A program made the position numbers and the translations under genes. Shown piece after piece: positions 8,758-18,147 of a DNA stretch of 64,000 nucleotides. Position 1 is the stretch's first letter; every line of letters begins with the position of its first letter. The notes beneath the pieces are model-generated. The model had not been told where the DNA came from, did not search any database, and saw only the letters and a program-made list of their open reading frames with translations. The stretch is taken from sequence record MT366760.1, one strand, 5' to 3'.

Positions 8758-8806
8758 AACAAGTCTCTCTTTAATATTTAATCTTAAGTGGTTATTCCAC
8801 ACTTCC

Positions 8807-8835
8807 ATTATACCAGAATGTGGACTCCATTGCAA
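8807..8835 (-). promoter_or_regulatory. host sigma70 promoter (extended -10)
   Basis: TTGCAA-17 bp-TATAAT; the region is near-identical to 7160-7233. Confidence 0.8.
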
Positions 8836-8860
8836 ATTTATTTACCATACAGTAAAGACG

Positions 8861-8884
8861 AAAAAGCCCCGCACATGGCGAGGC
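8861..8884 (-). terminator. intrinsic terminator
   Basis: GCCTCGC-CAT-GTGCGGGGC-TTTTT after the stop at 8894. Confidence 0.7.
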
Positions 8885-8893
8885 AATTTATGG

Positions 8894-9841
8894 TTAAGCT
8901 CCACGCTCCACACTGAACAGGATGTCAGTAGGGACGTTAAGTTTAGTCTGTTTGTTTTTACTGACAATTTTATCACAAAGATAAATTGCTTCATCATAAC
9001 GATTAAGCTTTAGGTCAGGGACGTGGAATGGGTGAATGCCCTCAGCGACGAATCCTGCTTCAACAGCACAATCCATAATCTCCCAGTAAGCCCACATACG
9101 TTGTTCCCACTTATCCTTAATCGTAATGTTAAGAGTAACGTCGTCACCAATCAGGTCAGCACGGATAGTAGATATCTGTGTGCAACGTACTAAGTCGTAG
9201 TAGGAGTCTTCGTAGAATTCGAGCAACAAGTTCTCTTGCAATCCGAATTGATGTTCCTTGAACGCTGAACGTAACGGACTAAACTGAGGGATGTAATGCT
9301 GCAACATATTGTTCGCAGCGAAGTCATTGATACCCTCGGATGCATCAGGGTCACCAACATGCAGGAAGAATATACCACCTGACTTAGTCAATGCTTCATG
9401 CACTCGTTTGAACATCTCAACGATTAGTTGACGTGACGTATACCCGTCCTTCGGAAGGATACATGGTAGCGAGTGATAGTGTGCCACAATGATATCTGCG
9501 TTATCGGGGTACGTATCCAGACACGCATCACCCTTCCAAACATCACGACCATCACCGTGTATATCCATAGTACGGTAGGAGTTAATTGGGAAGGGGCACT
9601 CACGGAGGAAGTCATCCTTGTGTTCAGATTGACCCGCGAATGTTTCAAGTATATTAAGACCTTTTAGGTTAGCACCAAAGTCTTTCCCTGAGACACCACT
9701 ATAGGTATCCATTGCTTGTAGGAGTTTCCAGTTATCATACGACTTATAAAACTGAGGACGTCCGTATACTGCTTTATATAGAGGGTAAATATCATATATC
9801 GACTGTAGTTCGATATTGATAGTCTTATGATTATCTGTCAT
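8894..9841 (-). CDS. class I SAM-dependent methyltransferase (small-molecule type), paralog A
   Basis: ETFAG, WKGDA, DIIVAHYHSL, ALTKSGGIFF and QRMW...VEAGF; shares YGRPQFYKSYDNWKLLQA with 7255..8169. Confidence 0.65.
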   Translation of the reverse strand: MTDNHKTINIELQSIYDIYPLYKAVYGRPQFYKSYDNWKLLQAMDTYSGVSGKDFGANLKGLNILETFAGQSEHKDDFLRECPFPINSYRTMDIHGDGRDVWKGDACLDTYPDNADIIVAHYHSLPCILPKDGYTSRQLIVEMFKRVHEALTKSGGIFFLHVGDPDASEGINDFAANNMLQHYIPQFSPLRSAFKEHQFGLQENLLLEFYEDSYYDLVRCTQISTIRADLIGDDVTLNITIKDKWEQRMWAYWEIMDCAVEAGFVAEGIHPFHVPDLKLNRYDEAIYLCDKIVSKNKQTKLNVPTDILFSVERGA

Positions 9842-9872
9842 TGTTTTTACCTTGTTGTATTAACTAAGTTTA

Positions 9873-9879
9873 ATTTACA
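9873..9879 (-). promoter_or_regulatory. TGTAAAT box
   Basis: 32 nt upstream of the methyltransferase A start. Confidence 0.5.
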
Positions 9880-9906
9880 TTATTGATGAATAGACAACCT
9901 AGTTAG

Positions 9907-10281
9907 CTACATATCCAGAAAACCTATTACGCGGGTCTTTGCCGCTAGTACACTTGCAGCCGTCTTCAACTTAAAGAACTTTTTAGGTCCTTTACCCTTT
10001 TCTTTACCACGAGGCCACAACCATTTATGCGACCAGTATTTTGGACTGGTCTTATCCTTTATGTCTTCCTCGCCATGACGGGCGTAGTATCTGTCGTTTG
10101 CATCAGTGCTATAATTATCGTCTAGGTTTTCATCGCCAAAGCGTACAACTTTGTAGGAGTCTCCATTCCTAACTAGAACCTTTCCTTGTTTATTACCACG
10201 GTCTGCTATAGGCATATCAATGCCAGGGAACTTATGACCCTTCCATACTACATTACCCCACTTATCTTTTTCCAATTCCAT
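9907..10281 (-). CDS. conserved viral hypothetical protein (DUF5754-like)
   Basis: KV.RFG...Y..RH...SPKYWS..WLW pattern recalled from DUF5754-type viral proteins. Confidence 0.4.
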   Translation of the reverse strand: MELEKDKWGNVVWKGHKFPGIDMPIADRGNKQGKVLVRNGDSYKVVRFGDENLDDNYSTDANDRYYARHGEEDIKDKTSPKYWSHKWLWPRGKEKGKGPKKFFKLKTAASVLAAKTRVIGFLDM

Positions 10282-10331
10282 TTTATTCCTCCTAGATATT
10301 GACGCCCCGACAATCAGGGCGCCAGTGTATA

Positions 10332-11966
10332 TTACTCCTTGGTTATACGGAATGCGTTCAGATAGGCATAGCTTACACCCGATTTAGGTTGGAAGGTTAT
10401 GCCATTGTCCAATAGCTGCTGACCCGTCACACCTGACCATACATCAGTGCCCCAAGGGTCTAGTCCACCATTTATTTCCTTAGTAACACCGCCCACTGTG
10501 TATTCACCCGTTCTGTCATCCGTAGTTACACGGCACGCCAGTAGTTCGACACGGTAGGAATCAGTTGGATTCACACCACTATCCAGATTAACCGTAATCG
10601 CACCACCTATTGTCCATACGCTGTCTCGTGTACAACCTTTATCGAATAAGTCACCCGAATCATTTTCTTCCACTGCCCTACCTGCGGTATTAATACCACC
10701 GATTTCTCCAGATATAGATAATGTCGCATTTTCGACTAGTGAACCATCACCGACATTATTGTAAACCCCATTAAGGGCTACAGTCGTTTTGTCGCTATTA
10801 ACAATAATCTTGTTCTTGTCACCGTCCATATGGTTACGACCATTAGAGGCTTCCGGTAAGCTAATGTTGATTACAGCATCTGTGATATACGTACCAGGAA
10901 CTGTTGGTGGCGTAACTGGTTGTGAGGGTTCGACTACAGTATCTTTAGGGACAACTGTAGAAATCTGTTGAGCAATGTACGTAGCTATACCCGTAGTACC
11001 CGCTGTTGAAGGGTGGACACCATCAGCACTGTACCATTCTGGGTTGTCACCCATAGCATTGTACAGATCGATGACTGGATTACCCGCTGAGTCAACCCAC
11101 TCTGGTAATAGTTCTTTAATTAATGGGATATAGATATTTTCGTTGTAGGGTGCTGACCTCTTGGTAGAAGGGTCAATTCGCTTGGTCAATGGACTCATTG
11201 CACAACCCATACCACGACCCTTGATATTACCGATAATGGCGCGTACGTTACTCTCAATCGTATCAGCGTTATGGGGATAAGGGTTAACCGTTGATAAATC
11301 ATTACCACCGATGTGTAGGAACACCAACGTTTCCTCAGCTCTATCCATCAGATCATCAAGTAACGTATCAATGTTGTCAAGAACCCATGTAGTTGATTTA
11401 CCAGAACTAGCTCTGTCCACCACTTCCATAGTGATACCATTATCCGCGTAGGTATCGACTGCTACCTTACGTCGTGCTTCCGTGTTGTGAGAACCAGCCA
11501 TAATCGAGGCACCAATAATAACTACTCGTGTGTATTTAGGAACGAGTATCTTCGGTGACAACATTTTAGTCAGAGTATCGTTTCGCTGAACTAAGAAGGG
11601 GTCGTCTTCTATAATCAGATCAATAGAACCAAGTCTACTCATGTCGAATAGTTTGTCCCATTCCTTCTTTGACAAATCCTTTGGTTGGAACCATACATTA
11701 GAACCAGTGAGCTTGTGTTCTCTAAAAGTGTATTCACCTGATTTAGCACGGCGGATACCAATACGTTTCAGGTCGTATGTATCCTCAACAACTTTAGATT
11801 CAACCTTGATACCTAGTCTACTTTCAAGTTCTAACAGACTATGTATCGACCCAGATAATTCACTTGGTTTGAACCAATATGTTTTATCCTTGTTTAGATA
11901 TACACCATTAACAACAACATCTTGGCGGGTAAATTGCCCTTGCAGTGTTAATCCTATTAGCTTCAT
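10332..11966 (-). CDS. SGNH/GDSL hydrolase (esterase/deacetylase) with duplicated N-terminal module and beta-rich C-terminal domain, possibly virion-associated
   Basis: IIGASI (block I Ser), SGKST (block II), IGGNDL (block III) and DGVHP (block V); start MKLIGL at 11966 with a GGAGAG SD. Confidence 0.75.
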   Translation of the reverse strand: MKLIGLTLQGQFTRQDVVVNGVYLNKDKTYWFKPSELSGSIHSLLELESRLGIKVESKVVEDTYDLKRIGIRRAKSGEYTFREHKLTGSNVWFQPKDLSKKEWDKLFDMSRLGSIDLIIEDDPFLVQRNDTLTKMLSPKILVPKYTRVVIIGASIMAGSHNTEARRKVAVDTYADNGITMEVVDRASSGKSTTWVLDNIDTLLDDLMDRAEETLVFLHIGGNDLSTVNPYPHNADTIESNVRAIIGNIKGRGMGCAMSPLTKRIDPSTKRSAPYNENIYIPLIKELLPEWVDSAGNPVIDLYNAMGDNPEWYSADGVHPSTAGTTGIATYIAQQISTVVPKDTVVEPSQPVTPPTVPGTYITDAVINISLPEASNGRNHMDGDKNKIIVNSDKTTVALNGVYNNVGDGSLVENATLSISGEIGGINTAGRAVEENDSGDLFDKGCTRDSVWTIGGAITVNLDSGVNPTDSYRVELLACRVTTDDRTGEYTVGGVTKEINGGLDPWGTDVWSGVTGQQLLDNGITFQPKSGVSYAYLNAFRITKE

Positions 11967-12063
11967 CTTATCTCTCCGCTTTGTTTGGTTACCAATATAA
12001 TTAGCTACAAACACGAAAAAGTCCCCAGAGCGCGTCATAGGGACTTTTATTTCATACTTTAGT

Positions 12064-12294
12064 TTACCACGTGAGTTTATTAGCGCGACGCTGTATAACA
12101 ATAGCAGCGTATTCGTCAGGGGTTAGAAGTTTACGTTCTAACACATCCCGTTCCTTACGGAGTTGAGCAAGCTTTTCTTCGTTGTCTTCTATCTCACTAC
12201 ACAACTTCTTTAGTCGAGCGAGGTCTGCTGACTTTTGATTGCGATTACTCGGTGCATCCGTTATTCTGGTTACTTTGTCCATTGACACTACCAT
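12064..12294 (-). CDS. hypothetical coiled-coil protein
   Basis: Short ORF with heptad pattern. Confidence 0.55.
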   Translation of the reverse strand: MVVSMDKVTRITDAPSNRNQKSADLARLKKLCSEIEDNEEKLAQLRKERDVLERKLLTPDEYAAIVIQRRANKLTW

Positions 12295-12439
12295 TCAATA
12301 ATCTGATGTGAGCATATGCAGCATCCCACAGTTTAGACAACTCAGGATTGCGACAATGTCTCTTGTCCTTTTTAGATACACGCCACCAACCACCCTCACG
12401 GTAGATTAGCGGTTTGTCACCTTTGTTTATTCTAGCCAT
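12245..12439 (-). CDS. hypothetical protein
   Basis: 64-aa ORF with an AGGA SD; overlaps the next gene. Confidence 0.5.
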   Translation of the reverse strand: MARINKGDKPLIYREGGWWRVSKKDKRHCRNPELSKLWDAAYAHIRLLNGSVNGQSNQNNGCTE

Positions 12440-12442
12440 ATC

Positions 12443-13204
12443 CTATAACTCCTGTGCCATACGGGATTCATGACGTGCTGATTCTTTCATACGACGATCT
12501 TCCGTACGTAGACGAATCATATCAGTTTCATCTAGTGCAACAACATTCTTGCCTAACTTGAATTTGCTCGCATCAGTAAGATCTACGTTAACGATGTTCT
12601 GATTAGCAATGCTGATAGTTAAGACCTTTGAAGACCCGATAGTCTGTTGATTCATCGAGTAATCAGTAGTCTTTGTACAACACCCGTATCTGTAGTGGTC
12701 GTGGTTGATAGGGCGAGTTGTAATCGGGGCTAGGTTAAAGTTGTTACCAACCATACTACCGACGTCAGGTACTTTCTTAACCTGAACTTTAGTAGGTAGT
12801 CCCAAGAACTTCCAAATGGCTTTAGCGTGGTTTATCTCAAACGACTTTAGGTAGTCCGCGTATTCACGACCCTTAATGCAGCTAAGGTTTGGGGTAGCTA
12901 CTATATGCTTACTTAAATCTTGCAATCCTGCTTTAAGTATCGCTGAATGAATTTGACTACGACCCCTCATTAGCTTTAGACCAACTGGGATGATAGTATC
13001 TTCTTCGTTAGGGAATATAATACCTAGGATTTCCAAAGTTTGTAGGTCTACTGAAACGTGAGTAGCACCCTTGAATTGCTGAAGTACCACAGCACGCTGA
13101 ACATTAATAAAGGACTCACGTGCTTTACGTACACCGCGCCAGTATTTCTTGAACCACGGAGAAGAAGTGATATCCAGTACTAATCTATTATCTTTAATAT
13201 GCAT
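12443..13204 (-). CDS. hypothetical protein
   Basis: 253-aa ORF, GAGG SD. Confidence 0.7.
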   Translation of the reverse strand: MHIKDNRLVLDITSSPWFKKYWRGVRKARESFINVQRAVVLQQFKGATHVSVDLQTLEILGIIFPNEEDTIIPVGLKLMRGRSQIHSAILKAGLQDLSKHIVATPNLSCIKGREYADYLKSFEINHAKAIWKFLGLPTKVQVKKVPDVGSMVGNNFNLAPITTRPINHDHYRYGCCTKTTDYSMNQQTIGSSKVLTISIANQNIVNVDLTDASKFKLGKNVVALDETDMIRLRTEDRRMKESARHESRMAQEL

Positions 13205-13231
13205 GAGTATTTCCTCGGTTTATAGCTAAAA

Positions 13232-13630
13232 TTACTTTACAGAATTTGGTACATGACAAACATACAGCTCTTTTTGGTAGTCTTCACCTTCCTGCTGCAT
13301 GAGTGAAATAACATGGAGCACGTCCTTACGTGACCGACCCATTTTATCAGCTAGGTCATTAGCTGATATTTTACCACCCGCTTCTTTTACTAATTGTCGG
13401 ATCTTGTCACGTAGTGAACCAACAAGTTTTATTTCTTTATCGGGGCTGTAGATGTAGACGCCCGTACGAACACGATAAATGCTATCAATGTCCTTTGCTA
13501 GCGTTGCTAAATAAACCAGAACCCGTTTACGCTCCAATCCTGTACCATCTGCTACTACGTCAGCAGTTAATTCTTCACCAACGTGCTTACACATGTAATC
13601 TAATACTTTAGCGTTCTTACCCATCTTCAA
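13232..13630 (-). CDS. tandem winged-HTH DNA-binding protein
   Basis: Two repeats: VLDYM...LTADVVADGTGLERKRVLVYL and IRQLV...ISANDLADKMGRSRKDVLHVI. Confidence 0.6.
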   Translation of the reverse strand: MKMGKNAKVLDYMCKHVGEELTADVVADGTGLERKRVLVYLATLAKDIDSIYRVRTGVYIYSPDKEIKLVGSLRDKIRQLVKEAGGKISANDLADKMGRSRKDVLHVISLMQQEGEDYQKELYVCHVPNSVK

Positions 13631-13636
13631 GTTACC

Positions 13637-14002
13637 TTATACTGCTGATTCTGCGAATGTTGGAAGTTTGTATGACACAATGTAGGGCTTCTCATCAACT
13701 ACTGTTTGTATCGTTAATTTGACGTCCCCTTTTAAGCCACGGCTTAGTCTTACTAGTTGCACATCAAACAGGTATGATGACGATAGTTCAACTTCTTGCA
13801 TCAGTTGACGAACCAACATTAACTGTAGTGGTTCTGGTGGCAACATCATACCGCAACCTGAACTAAGACTGAGGTCGCCCCATTTGGTGTATTGCAACTT
13901 AGCTTCCAAGTTCTCTAAACTAAAGGATGCAAGTTTCAACGGTGACTGTGTTAAATCCTCTGCATTAGCAATTAACTCTGGTTCTATACTGTGAATCATC
14001 AT
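13637..14002 (-). CDS. hypothetical early protein
   Basis: 121-aa ORF after the promoter at 14033-14061. Confidence 0.65.
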   Translation of the reverse strand: MMIHSIEPELIANAEDLTQSPLKLASFSLENLEAKLQYTKWGDLSLSSGCGMMLPPEPLQLMLVRQLMQEVELSSSYLFDVQLVRLSRGLKGDVKLTIQTVVDEKPYIVSYKLPTFAESAV

Positions 14003-14032
14003 AATCTTTTTCCTATTTATCCATACACTAGC

Positions 14033-14061
14033 ATTGTATCATAGTCTGGGATTCAAATCAA
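14033..14061 (-). promoter_or_regulatory. host sigma70 promoter
   Basis: TTGATT-17 bp-TACAAT. Confidence 0.6.
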
Positions 14062-14066
14062 ATTGG

Positions 14067-14100
14067 AAAGCCCCACCAACTTTACGCTGATAGGGCTATT
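14067..14100 (-). terminator. intrinsic terminator
   Basis: GCCCTATCAGC...GTTGGTGGGGC-TTT after the stop at 14103. Confidence 0.65.
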
Positions 14101-14102
14101 GC

Positions 14103-14651
14103 TTACTTGTCTTCTTCAGTTTTGTTTTTGTAGTGGAAACGTGTACCGAAGGCAGCATCATCACTTTCATCACCTTCTAGGGATTTACACATCACCATGT
14201 GAGGTTTGATGAAGCGGATACTCGTACATTGCACTTCACCCTCGACATATTCCACGCCTTTGTTGGTAAGCATGTCCATCACTTCCTGAAGTTTTGATTC
14301 AGGAACCTTCATGTCGAGTGACACATACACATCTACTTCCTGCTCGTCAGCCGCAAAGTAGAAGGACTTAATAATGGTGCCATCCATATAGATATCAATC
14401 ACCACGTTGCCCTTTTCGTCGTTCTTACGAGTTAGAGTAACCGTACGCATCCAACGAAGATTCGGTACATTATAGCTAGCTGATACTTGAACATCTTGGT
14501 CAGCCCCGTTCAACAATCTTTCAAAGTTGTCGGAGTCTTCCTCAAACTTAGCGAGTACCAGATTGGTAACGTCAGCTAAACTGTTTACACGTTGACGCGA
14601 TAGAGCAGCTTCAACAAGCTGACGAATGTACCCTTTGTTAAATGTTCTCAT
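14103..14651 (-). CDS. hypothetical protein
   Basis: 182-aa ORF, 4-bp overlap with the upstream gene. Confidence 0.7.
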   Translation of the reverse strand: MRTFNKGYIRQLVEAALSRQRVNSLADVTNLVLAKFEEDSDNFERLLNGADQDVQVSASYNVPNLRWMRTVTLTRKNDEKGNVVIDIYMDGTIIKSFYFAADEQEVDVYVSLDMKVPESKLQEVMDMLTNKGVEYVEGEVQCTSIRFIKPHMVMCKSLEGDESDDAAFGTRFHYKNKTEEDK

Positions 14652-15049
14652 AGCCAGAAACCCCTTGCTTTGTCTTTGCCTTCAGTGAAAGCGTTACGTA
14701 CATTTTCAACAGCTTCTTCCGGTTTAGATGACGGATGTGCGTTAGCCACTGCCATCTTCCAAGATACCTCATACCAGTTAGTGCCGATGAGATTAGATAA
14801 AAGTTTGAACTCTTCTTCAAACGACGGTAACTTGTCAGGGTCTAAATACCAATGTTCAATAGTATCACCCAACCACTCATGTAGACTCTCATCACGGTTG
14901 ATGCTGATAGTATTACGGAGAGCTTTAATATCATCACCAACAAGGGGCATAGCAAAACGCCCAATCATGATGATAGCACTAACCAAGTTACCCTCTTCGT
15001 CACGTGTAACCTTTTTAATTTGGTTACCGTTTAATGTTATCTCAGCCAT
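14648..15049 (-). CDS. hypothetical protein
   Basis: 133-aa ORF, GGAG SD. Confidence 0.7.
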   Translation of the reverse strand: MAEITLNGNQIKKVTRDEEGNLVSAIIMIGRFAMPLVGDDIKALRNTISINRDESLHEWLGDTIEHWYLDPDKLPSFEEEFKLLSNLIGTNWYEVSWKMAVANAHPSSKPEEAVENVRNAFTEGKDKARGFWL

Positions 15050-15347
15050 TCCCTTTCTCCGGTTTAATATAGACGTCCTTCATACCGCAGTCGTCTTTAT
15101 TAGTCTCGTGAACCCATGCACCACTGACACACATGTTACCTTCGTCTACTAATGATGGCGGGTTGTTCGTCTTATCACAGATAACGGTTACAATGTATTC
15201 GTATGGAAAACCAAGTTCTTTCGACATATCTTGGATAAAAGCTTCACGGGTTTCTTCAGTGTTTAACTTACCAACGTAAGACGCTAGTACACGTTTAGCA
15301 ACTACTTCAAAGTGAGTTGCTAGAGTATCATTAGTTCCACTCATCAT
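15042..15347 (-). CDS. stand-alone tail-sheath C-terminal-domain-like protein
   Basis: NTEETREAF...VICDKTNNPPSLVDEGNM...DVYIKP resembles the sheath C-terminal consensus N...TR...vvCDetNNtp.vid.n...di.ikP. Confidence 0.5.
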   Translation of the reverse strand: MMSGTNDTLATHFEVVAKRVLASYVGKLNTEETREAFIQDMSKELGFPYEYIVTVICDKTNNPPSLVDEGNMCVSGAWVHETNKDDCGMKDVYIKPEKGNG

Positions 15348-15373
15348 ATCTCCTGTATATAAAGTGGTTGAAC

Positions 15374-15408
15374 ATAATCGAGTGCCCTCAGGGAAGACAC
15401 TCTGTTAT
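15374..15408 (-). other. conserved intergenic RNA hairpin H3
   Basis: ATAACA-GAGTGTCTTC-CCT-GAGGGCACTC-GATTAT, 1 nt after the stop at 15410. Confidence 0.7.
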
Positions 15409-15409
15409 G

Positions 15410-15730
15410 TTATTCATCGTCCAGATAGTTGATGTGTTTGGGATTCTTCAAGTGTTGCCACCACCCATAGACGTGTAGGAACCACAACTCCGCTATCATA
15501 ATGGAACCTATAGCAAACTCAACCATATCTTTAAACGTGTGAGTCTCATAGAGCACATCATGGAAAGCGGAACGATAGTCAGGATTATCACGTAGTCGCC
15601 ACGCAATGAACCCTGTTATGATAACACCTAGTATGAAGTTAAATGCTAGAACCCATAGAACTATCACCAACACTGATAGGATAGTCTGTAACGGAACGTT
15701 GAAAGTGAATTCAGGAATTGTAATATCCAT
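15410..15730 (-). CDS. hypothetical membrane protein
   Basis: Long hydrophobic stretch ILSVLVIVLWVLAFNFILGVIITGFIAW. Confidence 0.65.
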   Translation of the reverse strand: MDITIPEFTFNVPLQTILSVLVIVLWVLAFNFILGVIITGFIAWRLRDNPDYRSAFHDVLYETHTFKDMVEFAIGSIMIAELWFLHVYGWWQHLKNPKHINYLDDE

Positions 15731-15731
15731 A

Positions 15732-16070
15732 TTAAGCTACCTTACGTTGAAACTCAGCTAGACGGATAACAACGGTTCTGTCTAGCGTACCCTTGTCTTC
15801 GTCTTCCTCAGTTTGACCAATCAGAATTGCGTAGCGACCCATAATCATAGACTTCTCTTTAACGAAGTACATAGAATAAGTCTGGTCACCATCAAACGAG
15901 AGGATTTCATTTGAGTGCTCGCGCAACTCCCATTCTCGTTCATTGATACACCAACAAACTGTTATGTGTTCAGGTCGTTCGTAACCCCACCACGTAGCGA
16001 GATGTTTTACTATCTCTTTCTCTTTTTCTTTGATGGCTAAGAGCTCATCAAGTTGTTGTACGCCACTCAT
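15732..16070 (-). CDS. hypothetical protein
   Basis: 112-aa ORF, GGAGG SD. Confidence 0.7.
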   Translation of the reverse strand: MSGVQQLDELLAIKEKEKEIVKHLATWWGYERPEHITVCWCINEREWELREHSNEILSFDGDQTYSMYFVKEKSMIMGRYAILIGQTEEDEDKGTLDRTVVIRLAEFQRKVA

Positions 16071-16082
16071 TAGTTCCTCCCG

Positions 16083-16448
16083 TTAACTGAACAATGACTT
16101 CTTGGGTCGGGAATCGTGGATAACCCAACCCATGCGTTTCATATAGTTAAGCATTTCTCGCTTAACGTTATCACCATGACACGTTCTAGGTGCACATGAA
16201 CACTCTAGGTTCACATCGTACTTGCGTGCAATCCAACAGAGTAACACGATAGCTTTATACTCCGGACTTGATTTATCCTTCATACATTTAGCTAGGTGTT
16301 CCGCGTGAGCATCAACGGAGGGTTGGTGCCCTAACTTACCCCTGAATGGATTAGCCAAACGTGACCAATAACCGTCTACATGACCTATGTAGACGGTTAC
16401 TTTGCCACGTTCAACTCCATGGTATCTATTTACAACCTTTATCGTCAC
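16083..16448 (-). CDS. DUF4326-family protein
   Basis: VVN...VYIG...S.LANPF...L.C.CAP..CHGD signature. Confidence 0.75.
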   Translation of the reverse strand: MTIKVVNRYHGVERGKVTVYIGHVDGYWSRLANPFRGKLGHQPSVDAHAEHLAKCMKDKSSPEYKAIVLLCWIARKYDVNLECSCAPRTCHGDNVKREMLNYMKRMGWVIHDSRPKKSLFS

Positions 16449-16978
16449 AGAAGCTCACGATAAGCTACACGTACCATCTTGGTAATTGCTTCAGCTACTT
16501 CAGCTAATGATAGCTCACTGAAACCTTCACCATCACTGGGTACTTCGCACAAAAGGAATCCCGAAACTTTAGCAGCGTTCTTCAAAGCTTGTTCGTAAGC
16601 TTCAGGTTTGCCAAATGTATCAGCTAATCGGTGATTGTAGATCGTACCACGAATACCTGCTTCACTTGAGTTGAGTTCACCAACTTCACAACGGCACCAT
16701 AGGGTATGTTTCGGATTACCACCTAGATAGATAAAACCACCGTTAGCGGGTTCACCCATATTAGTTAACTCAACTAGAACTTTAGGACGTATCTCAACAA
16801 TGCGGGGTGCATCCGTCTTAGAGTTATCTTCAACTAAAGTGATGTCGATAAGGTCTAGTATTCGTGGGAGCAGATTATTGGAAATACCTTCTAGCAGTTT
16901 GATTAGTAGCTCAGCATTAGCAGGTTTTACTTCGGGTGTAAGAACATTGAAGCGGGACTTAGTTTGTACGTACTCCAT
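16445..16978 (-). CDS. hypothetical protein
   Basis: 177-aa ORF coupled to both neighbours. Confidence 0.7.
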   Translation of the reverse strand: MEYVQTKSRFNVLTPEVKPANAELLIKLLEGISNNLLPRILDLIDITLVEDNSKTDAPRIVEIRPKVLVELTNMGEPANGGFIYLGGNPKHTLWCRCEVGELNSSEAGIRGTIYNHRLADTFGKPEAYEQALKNAAKVSGFLLCEVPSDGEGFSELSLAEVAEAITKMVRVAYRELL

Positions 16979-18135
16979 TATTTCTTCTCCATTTCAGCTT
17001 GGATTACCATCTGACCCATAAGCAAACGCATTAACATCTGGCGGGTAGTGTATGTCTGTTCACCGCGCTGACAAGAATGAATCATGTCCATTGTCTCCTT
17101 ATCAAATGCGCTAGGATTTAGAATTGGACAATCCCACAGGTTGTAGTCTTGTACTTTATCCTCGTCATCACTCACGAATTGCGCGTCAATACCAACTTCT
17201 AGGTCGTGGTAATCATCAATTAGCGTGATAGTTTCATCAATGATCTTCGTAATATCCGGTAAAAACTCAAGTTGACCTTGGTACTTACTGTCTTGCAACT
17301 GATTCTGGATGTTTTGTTCACGCGCTGATATTTCAGTAAAGATTGAACGATGTGCATTAGTATCTTCTGGTTCACCCTTAACGAATTCCTGAATGGTTAA
17401 CCACAAGCGCTCAAGTGTAGAGAGCTTCTTAGATTTATTCTTCTTAGACTTGTTATTATTTACCTTGAGTTCTAACTTGCACACCTTCTTTTCACACCCA
17501 TGGATGTTACGTAGAATGATTGAGATATCCAAGTGAGTCGGTACTACTTCGCTACAGTCCACCTCGATACGCTTCAGGTAGCTAATTGTGTCTTCAATAA
17601 CCTTAATCAATTTAAGTTGTTTAGAATTTAGCTTACTTACCTTAAGAACCTGAGCAGGATAATAGCTTTCTAACTGTTTCTCGTATACTGCAATGCTATC
17701 AACGACGAAGCACGCTAGTTCCCCCGCTGATTCAATACACGCTAAGTGCGCGGGTAATTTCTTACGGTTATCCTTGATGTTAAGTGTTGGTAGTTCTGCG
17801 TGAATCTGGTGGTGCTTGCTCGCGATCTGGTGGATTTTCAAAAGTAAACTATTTACCTCAACCATGTTTGAAGTGATGTCCACATCCTTTTTAGCACATT
17901 GTCTAATCATTTTGCGGCACATCTTGATTAACTTCTTACGGCTACGGATAAGTTTGATGTTTAGGCGGTTGTAACGGTTAACCGCTTTATTGGTCGCACT
18001 ACCCCTACTAGAGCTACGTAGTTTATTCGCGCTAGGTGCTTCTTGCTGTTGACGAATGCACGTGCTTAACACAGTGATAAAATCATCTGTAGATTCCGGT
18101 GTTAAGATTGGTTGGAAAGTAGATGTTGCTCTCAT
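16978..18135 (-). CDS. hypothetical coiled-coil protein
   Basis: 385-aa helical, Lys/Leu-rich ORF. Confidence 0.7.
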   Translation of the reverse strand: MRATSTFQPILTPESTDDFITVLSTCIRQQQEAPSANKLRSSSRGSATNKAVNRYNRLNIKLIRSRKKLIKMCRKMIRQCAKKDVDITSNMVEVNSLLLKIHQIASKHHQIHAELPTLNIKDNRKKLPAHLACIESAGELACFVVDSIAVYEKQLESYYPAQVLKVSKLNSKQLKLIKVIEDTISYLKRIEVDCSEVVPTHLDISIILRNIHGCEKKVCKLELKVNNNKSKKNKSKKLSTLERLWLTIQEFVKGEPEDTNAHRSIFTEISAREQNIQNQLQDSKYQGQLEFLPDITKIIDETITLIDDYHDLEVGIDAQFVSDDEDKVQDYNLWDCPILNPSAFDKETMDMIHSCQRGEQTYTTRQMLMRLLMGQMVIQAEMEKK

Positions 18136-18147
18136 AATAATGTTTCC

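Noticed and set aside
7255-9841. Cytosine-C5 DNA methyltransferases (FAG ... PC motifs)
   Set aside because: The PC lies in HSLPCI, which aligns better with the small-molecule methyltransferase strand-4 motif; no ENV or RxR motifs follow.
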